Part shown: in pieces, positions 7,878 to 18,257 of the stretch | Position numbering within the stretch: the first letter of the stretch is position 1 | Layout of the letters: every line of letters starts with the position of its first letter | Assembly: GCA_963820055.1 (NCBI GenBank) | Contig: CAWFYJ010000005.1 | Coordinates: 153,393 to 217,392, forward strand | Direction of reading: 5' to 3' | DNA from: an uncultured Conexibacteraceae bacterium | GTDB lineage: Bacteria; Actinomycetota; Thermoleophilia; Solirubrobacterales; 70-9 | DNA: 64,000 nt | Position numbers and translations under genes: made by a program | The notes under the pieces: model-generated | Databases searched by the model: none | The model's input: the letters and a program-made list of their open reading frames with translations, nothing else | What the model was told of the DNA's origin: nothing

Positions 7878-10364
7878 TTGTCCAAGCGTCTGAGCGCGAT
7901 CGTCGTCTGTTCGATCGCGATGTTGGTACTACCCGCCGCCGCGTCCGCGAAGGACTACGCCGGGACCGCACTGAACATCATCCCGTCGGGTCAGCTGCAG
8001 CCGGGTGAGCCGGCCGCGCCGAAGCCCAACGACGCTCAGGCGACGATGTACGACGGCCTGACGCCGCTGTTCGACAACGTCACCGCCGGTGATCTCACCA
8101 CCTACTTCAAGTCGGAGGCGCTGAACAGCCTCGGCACCGACGGACCGGGGACGCCCGAGACCGTTCCGGGCCATCCGGGCATCGAGATCACCCGCGACGT
8201 CTACGGCGTCCCGCACGTCAACGCGGACACCTACGACGACGGCATCTTCGCCGCCGGCTGGATCGCCGCCGAGGACCGCGGCCTGCTCCTCCAGCAGGCG
8301 CGCTACAACGCCCGCGTCGCCGCGATCGACGCCCCCGGGCTCAGCGCCATCGGCCTCGTCACCCAGCTGAAGAACTTCGTCCCCAGCCAGCAGACCGAGG
8401 ACGTCGTCGCGCAGCAGACGCAGTCTCTTCAGGGCGCCGGCAAGGAGGGCCAGAAGGTTCTGGACGACATCGATACGTACGTCGGCGGGATCAACTATTG
8501 GTACGAACTCAACGGTGGCGCCAACCCGCCTGCGCCCTTCACGCGCAACGACATCTACGCGCTGAACGCACTCAAGGACCAGTTCCTCGGCGAGGGCGGC
8601 GGCGACGAGGCCCGGCGGACGCAGTTCCTCTCGGGCCTGCAGGAGAAGCTCGGCTCGAAGAAGGGGGCGAAGGTCTTCGACGATCTCCGCCAGTACAAGA
8701 ACAAGGGCGTCCCGACCACGGTCGACGGCACCTTCCAGTACGGCAAGCGCCTCCTGCCGAACAAGAAGACGCCCGGCAACGTCGTGATCGATCACGACAG
8801 CTACGAGACGACCCCCGCGGTCGCCAACAAGGCGCTCGCCGACTCGGTCGCTCCGCATCCTGTCCAGGCGTCGAACACCCTGATGATCACCAAGAACAAG
8901 TCGGCGACCGGAAACCCGCTGATGGTCGGCGGTCCGCAGATCGGCTACTTCTACCCCGGTCTCACGTACGAGATCGACATGAACGCTCCCGGCCTGAAGT
9001 GGCGGGGTGCGACCTCGGCGCCGTTCCCCGGCTACCTGCTGATCGGCCGCGGCGAGGACTTCGCCACCACGCTGACATCGGCGAGCGGCGACGTCATCGA
9101 CCAGTACGCGGAGCGCCTCTGCGCCGGCAGCGACACCAAATACAGCTACAAGGGCAAGTGTCGCAAGATGGGGGTCTTCAACGCAGGAACGCTGAACGGC
9201 GATCCGGTTTCGTTCAGGACTACGGTGCATGGTCCGGTGACCGGATACGCCACGGTCGACGGGAAGAAGGTCGCGATCTCGTCGAAGCGCTCGAGCTACG
9301 GCAAGGACGTTCTCGACCTGCTCTTCAACCGGCGAATCTCGAACGGCCAGGTGCACGATCCGAAGTCGTTCTTCAACGCGGCCTCCAAGACGCCGCAGAC
9401 CTTCAACTCCTTCTACATCGACAACGAGCACGTCGCCGAGTACACGGCGGGCAAGCTGCCGATTCGCCCGAAGGGCGTCGACTCCGGATTGCTGACGAAG
9501 GGCACCGGCAAGTACGAGTGGCAGGGCTTCATCGGCAAGAACGAGCATCCCCATGGCGTGGACCCCGCCGACGGGACGATGACCAATTGGAACCAGGTCA
9601 CGGCAAGGGGCTTCGGTTCCGCCGACGACGAGTGGGGTCGCGCCGGCTCGGCGGAACGGGTCGACCTTCTGAACAAGAACCTCGACCGCCTCAAGCAGAA
9701 CGGCAAGTGGACGATGGCCCAGGTGGCCTCGGCGATGAACGCCGCGGCTACGCAGGACGTCAGGGCGATCGACACGGTGCCGCTGCTCGCGAAGCTGCTG
9801 CGGGGCACGAACGCTCCGAATGCGCGTGACGCCCAGATGCTGCAGCTGATGATCGATTGGAAGAACGACGGGGGAAGCCGTCTCGATACCGACAACGACG
9901 GCAAGATCGACGCTCCCGGCGCCGCCGTGATGGACGGTTCCTGGACGAACATCGCCAACGCGTTCATGCAGCCGCGGCTCGGAACCGACCTCTCGGACGA
10001 GCTCAACACGCTGTTCTCGCGGTTCGACAAGCCGCCGGGTGGTCAGTACTCCGGCTGGTACCAGTACTTCGACCGCGACATCAACAGCCTGCTGGGGAAG
10101 AAGGTCCCGAGCCCGTTCCACCTGGCCTACTGCGGCAAGGGTGACCTCCAGAAGTGCCAGCAGGACATCTGGGCCGCGATCGACGCCTCCGGCGACCAGA
10201 TCGCGGCCGACCAGGGGACGGGCGACCCGACGCAATGGCGATCGAGCGCGACGGCCGAGCAGATTCACTTCTCGCCGCTGCCGCTGAAGACGATGCGCTA
10301 CGCGAACCGCCCGAGCGGGATTCAGCAGGTCATCGAGTTCGACGGCCACCGCAAGAACAAGTAG
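7878..10364 (+). CDS. penicillin acylase family protein (Ntn hydrolase; possible acyl-homoserine-lactone or beta-lactam acylase), secreted
   Basis: The 860-aa ORF has the beta-subunit N-terminal nucleophile context (QASNTLMITKNKSATGNPLMVGGPQ). Probable TTG start at 7878 after GAGGAGAG gives the signal peptide LSKRLSAIVVCSIAMLVLPAAASA. Confidence 0.88.
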   Translation: MSKRLSAIVVCSIAMLVLPAAASAKDYAGTALNIIPSGQLQPGEPAAPKPNDAQATMYDGLTPLFDNVTAGDLTTYFKSEALNSLGTDGPGTPETVPGHPGIEITRDVYGVPHVNADTYDDGIFAAGWIAAEDRGLLLQQARYNARVAAIDAPGLSAIGLVTQLKNFVPSQQTEDVVAQQTQSLQGAGKEGQKVLDDIDTYVGGINYWYELNGGANPPAPFTRNDIYALNALKDQFLGEGGGDEARRTQFLSGLQEKLGSKKGAKVFDDLRQYKNKGVPTTVDGTFQYGKRLLPNKKTPGNVVIDHDSYETTPAVANKALADSVAPHPVQASNTLMITKNKSATGNPLMVGGPQIGYFYPGLTYEIDMNAPGLKWRGATSAPFPGYLLIGRGEDFATTLTSASGDVIDQYAERLCAGSDTKYSYKGKCRKMGVFNAGTLNGDPVSFRTTVHGPVTGYATVDGKKVAISSKRSSYGKDVLDLLFNRRISNGQVHDPKSFFNAASKTPQTFNSFYIDNEHVAEYTAGKLPIRPKGVDSGLLTKGTGKYEWQGFIGKNEHPHGVDPADGTMTNWNQVTARGFGSADDEWGRAGSAERVDLLNKNLDRLKQNGKWTMAQVASAMNAAATQDVRAIDTVPLLAKLLRGTNAPNARDAQMLQLMIDWKNDGGSRLDTDNDGKIDAPGAAVMDGSWTNIANAFMQPRLGTDLSDELNTLFSRFDKPPGGQYSGWYQYFDRDINSLLGKKVPSPFHLAYCGKGDLQKCQQDIWAAIDASGDQIAADQGTGDPTQWRSSATAEQIHFSPLPLKTMRYANRPSGIQQVIEFDGHRKNK

Positions 10365-10386
10365 CCGAAGTCATACTGCCCTCCTG

Positions 10387-11379
10387 ATGAGGGCGATCCA
10401 GATAGCCGACCTCAGCGGGCCCGACACGGCGCTCCGCGAGGTGGAGATCCCCGAGCCCGAGGCGTCCCACATGCTGACGCCCGGGAGGGGGGTGCTCGTG
10501 GACGTCGAGGTCGCGGGAGTGTCGTTCCCGGAGGTGCTGCAGACCCGCGGCGAGTACCAGGTCAAACCGCCGCTGCCGTTCGTCCCCGGCAGCGAGGTGG
10601 CGGGGACCGTCCGCTCGGCGCCCGACGGCACGGGGCTGTCCCCGGGCGACCGGGTCGCCGGCTTCCCGATGCTCGGCGGCTTCGCCGAGGTCGCCGTCTC
10701 GCCGGAGTTCCTGACGTTTCCGCTGCCCGATGAGCTCGACTTCCGCCAGGGCGCCGCGCTGATCCTCAACTACCACACGGCCTGGTTCTCGCTGGTCGTC
10801 CGCGGCCGGCTGAAGGCGGGGGAGACCGTCCTCATCCACGGCGCCGCCGGCGGCGTCGGCACCGCCTCGATTCAGGTCGCCAAGGGAGTCGGCGCCCGCA
10901 CGATCGCGGTCGTCTCCTCCGACGAGAAGGAGGCGGTCGCCCGGGAGGCAGGCGCCGACGAAGTCGTCCGCAGCGACGGCGAGTGGCGTGAGCAGGCAAA
11001 GGAGCTTTCCGGCGGGGGAGTGGAGGTCGTCCTCGATCCGGTCGGCGGCGACCGCTTCACAGATTCCCTGCGCTCGCTCGCCGAAGGCGGGCGGGTCGTC
11101 GTCGTCGGTTTCACCGGCGGCTCGATACCCGAGGTCAAGGTCAACCGGCTGCTCCTCAACAACACCGAGGTGATCGGCGCCGGCTGGGGCGCCTACGTGA
11201 TCGCCAAGCCCGAGCTCAACCGCGAGATCGGGGCCGAAATCGCCAACCTGATCGATTCCGGGCACGTGCGGCCGCTCGTCGGCGGAGCTCTCCCGTTCAC
11301 CGTCGAGGGCGCATCCGAGGCCCTGAAGCTGATCGACGGGCGCGGCGCCACCGGCAAGGTCGTCCTCGACGTCCGCTGA
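10387..11379 (+). CDS. NADPH:quinone oxidoreductase family protein (MDR superfamily)
   Basis: 330 aa. GroES-like N-terminal domain and Rossmann motif HGAAGGVGTASIQVAK. Confidence 0.9.
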   Translation: MRAIQIADLSGPDTALREVEIPEPEASHMLTPGRGVLVDVEVAGVSFPEVLQTRGEYQVKPPLPFVPGSEVAGTVRSAPDGTGLSPGDRVAGFPMLGGFAEVAVSPEFLTFPLPDELDFRQGAALILNYHTAWFSLVVRGRLKAGETVLIHGAAGGVGTASIQVAKGVGARTIAVVSSDEKEAVAREAGADEVVRSDGEWREQAKELSGGGVEVVLDPVGGDRFTDSLRSLAEGGRVVVVGFTGGSIPEVKVNRLLLNNTEVIGAGWGAYVIAKPELNREIGAEIANLIDSGHVRPLVGGALPFTVEGASEALKLIDGRGATGKVVLDVR

Positions 11380-12170
11380 TGGCTGCCCGGGTCTTCCTCG
11401 TCACCGGAGCCTCGAGCGGGATCGGCGAGGCCGCCGCCCGTCGCCTCGCCCGTGAGCCCGACGTCGCGCTCGTCCTCGTCGCCCGCCGCGACGAACGCCT
11501 GCGTGCCCTCGCCGACTCGCTTCCGGTCCCCGCGACCTGGGTCGCCGCCGACCTGACCGACGACGATGCCCCCGGTCGCGTCGCCGCGCACGTCGAGGAG
11601 CACCATGGCCGCCTCGATCTGCTCGTCAACAACGCCGGCGCCTCCTGGCGCGGCCGCTTCGACGACGAGGGCTGGGAAAACGTCCGCAGGACCATGGAGC
11701 TCAACTTCGACGCCGTCGTTCGCCTCACCGAAGCCCTGCTGCCGATGCTCCGCCGCTCCGCGCCCAGCTCGATCGTCAACATCGCCAGCACCGCCGGCCG
11801 CATCTCCCGTCCCGGCGCCGGCGCCTACTCGGCCAGCAAGTACGCCCTGATCGGCTGGAGCGACTCCCTCTACGCCGAGGAGCGGGAGCACGGTGTCCAC
11901 GTCGGCATCGTCATGCCCGGCTTCATCGCCACCGAGGGATTCCCCGCCGAGGAGCTCAAGGCCAAGGCGATCACCCGCTGGACCGTCTCCACCCCCGAGA
12001 AGGCCGCCGAGGCGATCATCGACGCCGGCCTCAACGGCAAGGCGGAGCGCTACGTGCCCCGCCCCTACGGCCTGATCGCCGTTCTCCGCATCCTCGCGCC
12101 CGGCCTGGTCCGGAGGATCATCGCCGGCGGCGCCGGCGCAGCGGCGGTCACGGCAACGAAGGCGAAATAA
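11379..12170 (+). CDS. SDR family oxidoreductase
   Basis: TGASSGIGEAAARRLA, NNAG, and YSASK catalytic motifs. The start overlaps the upstream stop by 1 nt. Confidence 0.9.
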   Translation: MAARVFLVTGASSGIGEAAARRLAREPDVALVLVARRDERLRALADSLPVPATWVAADLTDDDAPGRVAAHVEEHHGRLDLLVNNAGASWRGRFDDEGWENVRRTMELNFDAVVRLTEALLPMLRRSAPSSIVNIASTAGRISRPGAGAYSASKYALIGWSDSLYAEEREHGVHVGIVMPGFIATEGFPAEELKAKAITRWTVSTPEKAAEAIIDAGLNGKAERYVPRPYGLIAVLRILAPGLVRRIIAGGAGAAAVTATKAK

Positions 12171-12270
12171 CTCCGGGGAGATCCTCCGCTGCGCGTCCGG
12201 TCTCCCCGGTCGGCGCGGTGAACTGGACGGGAAGACATGTGTGTTGACCCCAGGCGGCTGCACTGGAGCA

Positions 12271-12297
12271 GATTTGGTCCGCATACCGGACCAAATC
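12271..12297. terminator. perfect 11-bp stem hairpin between convergent genes (candidate bidirectional terminator)
   Basis: GATTTGGTCCG (12271-12281), loop CATAC, CGGACCAAATC (12287-12297). A second hairpin CCGGGGAGA/TCTCCCCGG lies at 12173-12181/12201-12209. There is no clear U tract. Confidence 0.4.
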
Positions 12298-12379
12298 CCC
12301 GCCACTGGCTCGAGCCGCCCGCCTCGGGGGCTCCCCTCTCAGCCCCAGCCAACCCCGCCCTACGCCGAAACCCTAGGCG

Positions 12380-13942
12380 TCAGCGAATATCCCGTCGGCC
12401 CTCCGCCCTCGTCACGACCTCACCCTCCTCGACGTGGTTCGGGTACACCGGCGGTCCGTTGAAGTCGCACGAGAACTCGCCCGTGACGGGTTCGGCCATG
12501 GGCTCCGGCGGGCCGAGGACTTGGGTCTCGATCGTGAACCAGGCGATGATGCCGCCGAGGGCGGAGAGGCCGGCGGTCACGAACATCGCCGTGTGGAAGC
12601 CGTCGGTCATCGCGACCGGGTCGTAGAAGGCGTCGCCGGTGATCCCGGCGATCAGGGGCAGGACGGCGACGGCGAGCAGGCCGCCGACGCGGGAAACCGC
12701 GTTGTTGATGCCCGACGCGATGCCGGAGTGGCGGGAGTCGGCGGCGGCGAGAACGGTGGCCGTCACCGGGGCGACGACGAGCGTCAGGCCGGCGCCGAAG
12801 ACGAGGACAGCGGGTAGGACCGAGCCGACGTAGCTCGAGTCGGGCTCGATGCGGGTCATCATCAGCATCCCGAGCGCGATCACGAGCGGGCCGACGGTCA
12901 GGGGGATGCGCGGGCCGATCCGCTGCGCGAGCGCTCCCGAGCGCGCCGAGAACAGGAGCATCAGGGCCGTGACCGGCAGCGAGGCGGCGCCGGCGGCGAT
13001 CGGCGAATAGCCGGCGGCGATCTGCAGGAACGAGACGAGCAGGAAGAAGACTCCGCTGAGGGCGGCGTAGACGACGAACGTGACCGCGTTCGCGGCGCTG
13101 AACTGCCGCGAGGAGAAGAGCCCGAGCGGCATCATCGGGTGGGGGCTGCGCCGCTCCGTCCTGATGAACGCGACGAGCGCGAGCACGCCGGCGACGGCGG
13201 CGACGACTATCGGCGCCGACAGACCCTGATCGGGAACCTGGATCAGCGCGTAGGTCGTCCCGCCGAGTCCGATCGCCGCCAGCGCGGCGCCGAGGCCGTC
13301 GAGGCGGTCAGGCGCATCTGGGTCGCGCGTCTCGGGGACGTGCCTGGTCGCCATCAGGGCCACGAACGCACCGATCGGAACGTTGATCAGGAAGATCGCT
13401 CGCCACGAGACCGCCTCGACGAGCCAGCCGCCGAGCAGCGGGCCGAGGGCCGTCGCAACGCCGCCGAGCCCGGACCAGGCGCCGATCGCCCGGGCGCGGT
13501 CGCCGGGCCGGAAGCTCGACTCGATCATCGCCAGGCTGCCCGGCGTCAACAGCGCGCCACCGACACCCTGGAGCAGGCGGGCCGCGACCAGGGCGTTGGC
13601 GCTGGGAGCGACCGCGCAGAGCAGCGAGGCCGCGGTGAACCAACCAACCCCGAAGACGAAGATGCGCCGCCGCCCGTAGCGGTCGCCCAGCGATCCGCCG
13701 AGGAGGATCAGCGAGGCGAGGGTGAGCATGTAGCCGTTGAGGATCCACTGCAGCGAGCTGGTTTCAGCGTCCAAGTCCTCGCCGATGCTCGGCAGCGCCA
13801 CGTTGACGACGGTCCCGTCGAGAAAGACGATCCCCGACCCGAGCACGGCGATCGCGAGGACCCAGCGACCAGGCCCGGTGCCGTAGGCGATTCCTTCGGA
13901 TTCGGCGCTTGCTCCCGGCACGCTCCGTCCCTGCTCCCTCAC
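12380..13942 (-). CDS. MFS transporter, DHA2 (EmrB/QacA, 14-TMS) family
   Basis: FLDGTVVNVALPSI motif and 14 hydrophobic segments. The start is uncertain: GTG at 13942 (VREQGRSV...) or ATG at 14074. It is divergent from a TetR gene. Confidence 0.88.
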   Translation of the reverse strand: MREQGRSVPGASAESEGIAYGTGPGRWVLAIAVLGSGIVFLDGTVVNVALPSIGEDLDAETSSLQWILNGYMLTLASLILLGGSLGDRYGRRRIFVFGVGWFTAASLLCAVAPSANALVAARLLQGVGGALLTPGSLAMIESSFRPGDRARAIGAWSGLGGVATALGPLLGGWLVEAVSWRAIFLINVPIGAFVALMATRHVPETRDPDAPDRLDGLGAALAAIGLGGTTYALIQVPDQGLSAPIVVAAVAGVLALVAFIRTERRSPHPMMPLGLFSSRQFSAANAVTFVVYAALSGVFFLLVSFLQIAAGYSPIAAGAASLPVTALMLLFSARSGALAQRIGPRIPLTVGPLVIALGMLMMTRIEPDSSYVGSVLPAVLVFGAGLTLVVAPVTATVLAAADSRHSGIASGINNAVSRVGGLLAVAVLPLIAGITGDAFYDPVAMTDGFHTAMFVTAGLSALGGIIAWFTIETQVLGPPEPMAEPVTGEFSCDFNGPPVYPNHVEEGEVVTRAEGRRDIR

Positions 13943-14097
13943 TCGAAGTTCGATCTCCCCGTTCAGTTTGACGTACGGCCCGCCCCGGCCGGGCGTGAAG
14001 GCGCCGTGCGGCAGCAGAGGCCCCGTGGCAAGACCGTATCCCGCTCGGTAGCGGAACCGGAAGATCTGTTCCATTTGCGGGATATGATCTGTGTGCG

Positions 14098-14775
14098 ATG
14101 GGTCACGATGCAGACGTTGTAGAAGTAGCCGTGGTCGCCAGGCCGCTGCGCAAGGACGCCGAGCGCAACCGGCAGCGGATCCTCGCCTCCGCCCAGGTCC
14201 TCTTCGCCAAGCGCGGCGTCGACGTCGGCCTCGACGAGATCGCCCACCACGCGGGCGTCGGCGTCGGCACCGCCTACCGGCGCTTCCCGGACCGCGAGAC
14301 CCTGATCGACGAGTTGCTCGAGGAGAAGACGGCGACGATCGAGAGGATCGCCACCGAGTCGCTCGAGATCGACGACCCGTGGACGGCTCTGACGAGTTAT
14401 CTCGAGCGCTCCCAGGAGCTGCACGCCGCCGATCGCGCCCTCAAGCAGGCGCTGTTCGACCCGTCCCGCGGAGCCGAGCGGCTCGCCGACGCCAGGGCCC
14501 GGATCGGGCCGCTCGTGACCCGCCTGATCGAGCGGGCGCGCGACTCCGGCGACCTTCGTCCCGACTTCGAGCTGTCCGACTTCCCGCTGCTGATCGAGAT
14601 GATCTCGGCCGTGATGGCCGCTACCCACGACCATTCCCCCGACCTCTGGCGCCGCTACCTCCGCATCCTCATCGACGGGATGGCCAACGACCGCTCCGGG
14701 CCGAGCGACCTGGGACCGCCCGCTCTCTCGCCCGAAGACCTCCTCGACGCCCTCTGCGGCGACCACGGTCGCTGA
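14098..14775 (+). CDS. TetR/AcrR family transcriptional regulator
   Basis: N-terminal HTH (RILASAQVLFAKRGVDVGLDEIAHHAGVGVGTAYRRF). Divergent from the MFS gene. Confidence 0.9.
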   Translation: MGHDADVVEVAVVARPLRKDAERNRQRILASAQVLFAKRGVDVGLDEIAHHAGVGVGTAYRRFPDRETLIDELLEEKTATIERIATESLEIDDPWTALTSYLERSQELHAADRALKQALFDPSRGAERLADARARIGPLVTRLIERARDSGDLRPDFELSDFPLLIEMISAVMAATHDHSPDLWRRYLRILIDGMANDRSGPSDLGPPALSPEDLLDALCGDHGR

Positions 14776-14852
14776 CGCCCGGATTTCAGGTCCCGGCCGA
14801 GCCTGCCGATAATTGCGTGCCGCCCCTCGTGGTGGAAAGCGAAAGAAAGGGA

Positions 14853-15923
14853 ATGGGGGAAGTGAGCCGACGAGGCGGACACGCGCGCGAGGAGATCGCG
14901 GGAAGCGACGATGCCGACGGCAGTGCCGAGCGGGACCAGACCCGACTCTTCTACCGGCTCTCCGGGGTCCTCTTCGTCGGCGGCGGCATCGCCGCGATCC
15001 CGCCCGATCTGCTCCACATCCCGCATCACCCGGCGTCGATCTTTGCGCTGCCGCTCCTCGCGATCCTCAGCGGCATCGTCTCCTGGCTGATCGCGGACCG
15101 GGCGCCGCGCTGGGGGCTCCACGTCATCGCCCTCGTCGCCACGCTCGAGGTCGCGCTCACCGTCGCGGTCGCCGATCGGGTCTTCGCCGTCTACTACGTT
15201 TTCGTGGCGATCTTCGTCGCCTACATCCTCTCCGACCGCCGCGCGATCGCCGCTCACATGGCGGTCGTGGTGCTCGCCGTTCTCGCCCCGATCGCCTACG
15301 ACTCCGAGAACGCCCGCGAGCTGACGATCTCCGCGCTCGTCCTGATCCCGACCCTGATGATCGCCGCCGCAATGGTCACCTACCTGCGCGAGCAGCTCAC
15401 CGCCAGCGAGGGCCGCTACCGCCTCCTCTCCGAGTGCGACCCGCTGACCGGCATCGGCAATTACCGGATGCTCGTCAACCGCTTTCCCAGAGAGCTCCGC
15501 CGCCACAGCAGGCACGGTCGCCGGCTTGCGTTGATCGCCATCGATCTCGACGACTTCAAGCGCGTCAACGACGCGCTCGGCCATCAGCGCGGGGACATGC
15601 TGCTGCGGGCCGTCGCCGAGGAGCTCGTCGACGCGGTCCGCGATCACGACATCGTCGTCCGCCAGGGCGGCGACGAGTTCGCGGTGATCGCACCGGAGAC
15701 CGGTCCCGACGAGGCCCGGCAGCTCGCCGAGCGCCTGCGGGCTCGGATCGCCGCAACCGATGCGGGCGAATACCCGATCGGCGCCTCGATCGGCTGTGCG
15801 CACTTCCCGGAGGACGCCGACTCGTTCGAGTCGCTGCTCCGGGTCGCCGACGAGCGCCTCCGGGTCGCGAAATCGGACGGCATCGTCCGCTCGCAGCGGC
15901 GGGCCACCCTCCCGTCCCCCTGA
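14853..15923 (+). CDS. membrane-anchored diguanylate cyclase (GGDEF domain)
   Basis: ATG at 14853 after AAGGGA. About five TM helices, then DPLTGIGNYR ... RQGGDEF. Confidence 0.88.
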   Translation: MGEVSRRGGHAREEIAGSDDADGSAERDQTRLFYRLSGVLFVGGGIAAIPPDLLHIPHHPASIFALPLLAILSGIVSWLIADRAPRWGLHVIALVATLEVALTVAVADRVFAVYYVFVAIFVAYILSDRRAIAAHMAVVVLAVLAPIAYDSENARELTISALVLIPTLMIAAAMVTYLREQLTASEGRYRLLSECDPLTGIGNYRMLVNRFPRELRRHSRHGRRLALIAIDLDDFKRVNDALGHQRGDMLLRAVAEELVDAVRDHDIVVRQGGDEFAVIAPETGPDEARQLAERLRARIAATDAGEYPIGASIGCAHFPEDADSFESLLRVADERLRVAKSDGIVRSQRRATLPSP

Positions 15924-15929
15924 ACGGAA

Positions 15930-15961
15930 CCGGCGCCCGACCCGATCGGGCCGAGCGCCGG
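15930..15961. terminator. GC-rich hairpin between convergent genes
   Basis: CCGGCGC (15930-15936) pairs with GCGCCGG (15955-15961). The apex contains the self-complementary CCCGATCGGG. Confidence 0.35.
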
Positions 15962-15972
15962 CGAAGTCCGTC

Positions 15973-16362
15973 TTAGGCGAGCAGCTTGGCCTTCATCTGC
16001 TCGTACTCGGCGTCGCTGAGCTTGCCCTTGTCGTGCAGCTCCGCGAGGTTCGCCAGCTCGTCGACCTGCGACGTCCCGGCGGTGTCTTTGATGTATTCGT
16101 CGAAGTGCTTCTTCTGCTCGGCCTGCTCCTTGAGAGCACGGTCGCGCATGCCGCCTCCGCGGGCGATCAGGTAGATCAGCGCCGTCAGGAACGGAATGAA
16201 GATCAGGAACACGACCCAGATGGCCTTGCCCCACCCCGACATCTCGTGGTCACGGAAGAGGTCCGAGAGAATCGTGAACAGGACCATGATCCAGGCTACG
16301 AAGATGAAAACGGCGAGGACTGTTCCCAGTGCCTCTCCGAACGAGTAGTCGGCTACAAGCAT
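15973..16362 (-). CDS. PLD-nuclease N-terminal (PLDc_N) membrane domain plus SHOCT domain protein
   Basis: Two TM helices with GWGKAIWVVFLIFIPFLTALIYL, and a C-terminal SHOCT-like LAELHDKGKLSDAEYEQMKAKLL. Confidence 0.8.
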   Translation of the reverse strand: MLVADYSFGEALGTVLAVFIFVAWIMVLFTILSDLFRDHEMSGWGKAIWVVFLIFIPFLTALIYLIARGGGMRDRALKEQAEQKKHFDEYIKDTAGTSQVDELANLAELHDKGKLSDAEYEQMKAKLLA

Positions 16363-16435
16363 TCAGTTCCTTTCAATTACGGGTAATGAGCATCCTGAGG
16401 GTACTCCAGGGAGTGCTCGAAACCACCGGTAGCCG

Positions 16436-18257
16436 CTACCAGGCTCCACCGCCACCGCCGCCGGAGAAGCCGCCGCCTCCGCCGCCGGAGAAGCCGCCGC
16501 CGCCGCCGGAGCTCGACTCCGGAGCGACCTGGCTCGCGAACCCGGACGAGAACCCGTCGAAGCTGCCGCCGAACGAGCCCGAAGTGATCGCGTACGACGT
16601 CCAGAGGCCGGTCCCTGTCGCCTCCTCGCCGACCGGCGCCGGGATCCGCCCCGACTTGGCGATGCGCTCGGCGGTGCCGAAGGCGATCGCGTAGACGAGG
16701 ATCCGGCGCCACAACTTCAGCGTCGCCGGAGGGTCGTCTTCGAGCCGCGGGAAGTCCTCCGTCCACTTCGCGAACGCGCTCCAGCGCTCGTTGCGCTCGC
16801 GCGCCGCCGGATCGAGCCGGCGAAGCCAGTTCGATGGCGGCACGTACATCAGCGCCAGGGTCGCGACGAGGCCGGTGATCTGGACGCCGACCAGGTGGGC
16901 TCGTGACCACGCGAGGGCGGTCATCACCGCGAAGACGACGAAGGCGAGGAGGGCGATCAGCAGCCGCGCCCCCCGCAGGTCCCGGTCCCAGGCGATCGCT
17001 CCATCTTCGGCGCCCTCGAGGCTGCTGTTCATCGTCCCCCAGCGCGTCCGCCAGGTGCTCGAGTGCTCGGGGATCTTGTCCTTCATCGCTCCGAGTGCCG
17101 TCCATTCCTCGCCGATCAGCTCGTCGAAGAAATCGAGGACCTCGCGCTCGTACGGCTCGAGCCCCTCGGTTCCCGTCCGCTCGCCGGATGCCCGCAGGTC
17201 GAGATCGAGGTCGTCGGTCCCGGCCGACGGCCTCGATTCGTAGAACCCGCGGTCAACGAGGTCCATCAGGGTCGCCAGCACCACCCGGTCGTCGTAGTCG
17301 CCCTCCTTCGCGACCGCGTAGGCGACGGCGGGCGGAACGTCCTCGGGGGGCTCGGGAAGATACTCGGGAACGCCCGTGTGGCGCTCGCGGGCGAGGATGC
17401 ATGAGCAGGGCCGTGGCGGCGGCCGCGAGGCCGCCGAAGATCAGCGCCAGCACCAGACCGTTGTCGAAGACGAAGTTCTTCAGCTTGTCGATCGACCCGT
17501 ACTCGTCGTCGAGCTTCGCCTCGTCGGCCTCGATCGCGTCGAGCCCGCTCCCGCGGACCACGACCGCGCCCGACGCGGAATCGATGGCGTCCCGCGGGAA
17601 GACGGCGTGGAGGGCGACCGCCTTTCCGGCGGCGAGGCGATCGACCGAGACGCGGGCATCGTCGCCGAGCTCAACGTCGGCGCCGAGCGAGCGCGGCTCG
17701 AGCCAGGCCTCTGTCGGCGCGACTCCCGACGCGGAGTCGATGCTGGCGAAAAGGTGGTCGAGCCAGAAGTCCCACTGACTGCCCCAGACGAACCAGCCGA
17801 CATCGACGACGTCGTCGTGGACCCGGACGGCGCCGGTGACCCTGTAGACGAGGTCGAAGACGCGGGTCTCGTCGGCGGCGTTGTAGTGCCAGACGACGCG
17901 GAGCCCGTGGCGCATCTGCTGGGTCCCGAACCGGCCCGGAGCGTCGGCGGAGCCGAGGCCGGTGTTCCCGCCCGGCTGGTAGTCCCTGCCGTCCTCCTCG
18001 ACCCGCATGCTCGTGATCCGCGCGCCTGCGGCGAGCGGGATGTCCCGGAAGGCGCCGCTGAAATGGCCGGTGAAGTCGAAGGGGAGCCGCTCGTGGACGA
18101 CGAGGCTGCCGTCCTTCTGGAGCTGGACCGCGACGCCGGCGTCGGTGATCTCGTACTGCTTCTCCGACGTCGGGATCTCGGGGATGATCGCTGAGGCCGC
18201 CGCAGCGATGGCGATCACGAGGATCGCGACGACCAGCCTCACCACGACGCGGTTCAT
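16436..18257 (-). pseudogene. DUF2207 domain-containing membrane protein, reading frame broken once (pseudogene or assembly indel)
   Basis: The N-terminal part is ORF 17253..18257 and is sensible up to ...AATALLMH. Skipping base 17396 continues as LARERHTGVPEYLPEPPEDVPPAVAYAVAKEGDYDDRVVLATLMDL, into ORF 16436..17284. The C-terminus is the typical GGGGGFSGGGGG tail. Confidence 0.8.

Noticed and set aside
7929-10349. An 806-aa ORF antisense to the penicillin-acylase gene.
   Set aside because: Its composition is dominated by R, V, G, A, D and L with no recognisable motifs. The sense-strand product has full-length family similarity and a signal peptide.
13943-14097. A palindromic TetR operator in the MFS/TetR divergent region (GGAAGATCTGTTCC area).
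   Set aside because: Only the outer 4-5 nt and the central AGATCT are self-complementary. That is not convincing enough to call a site.
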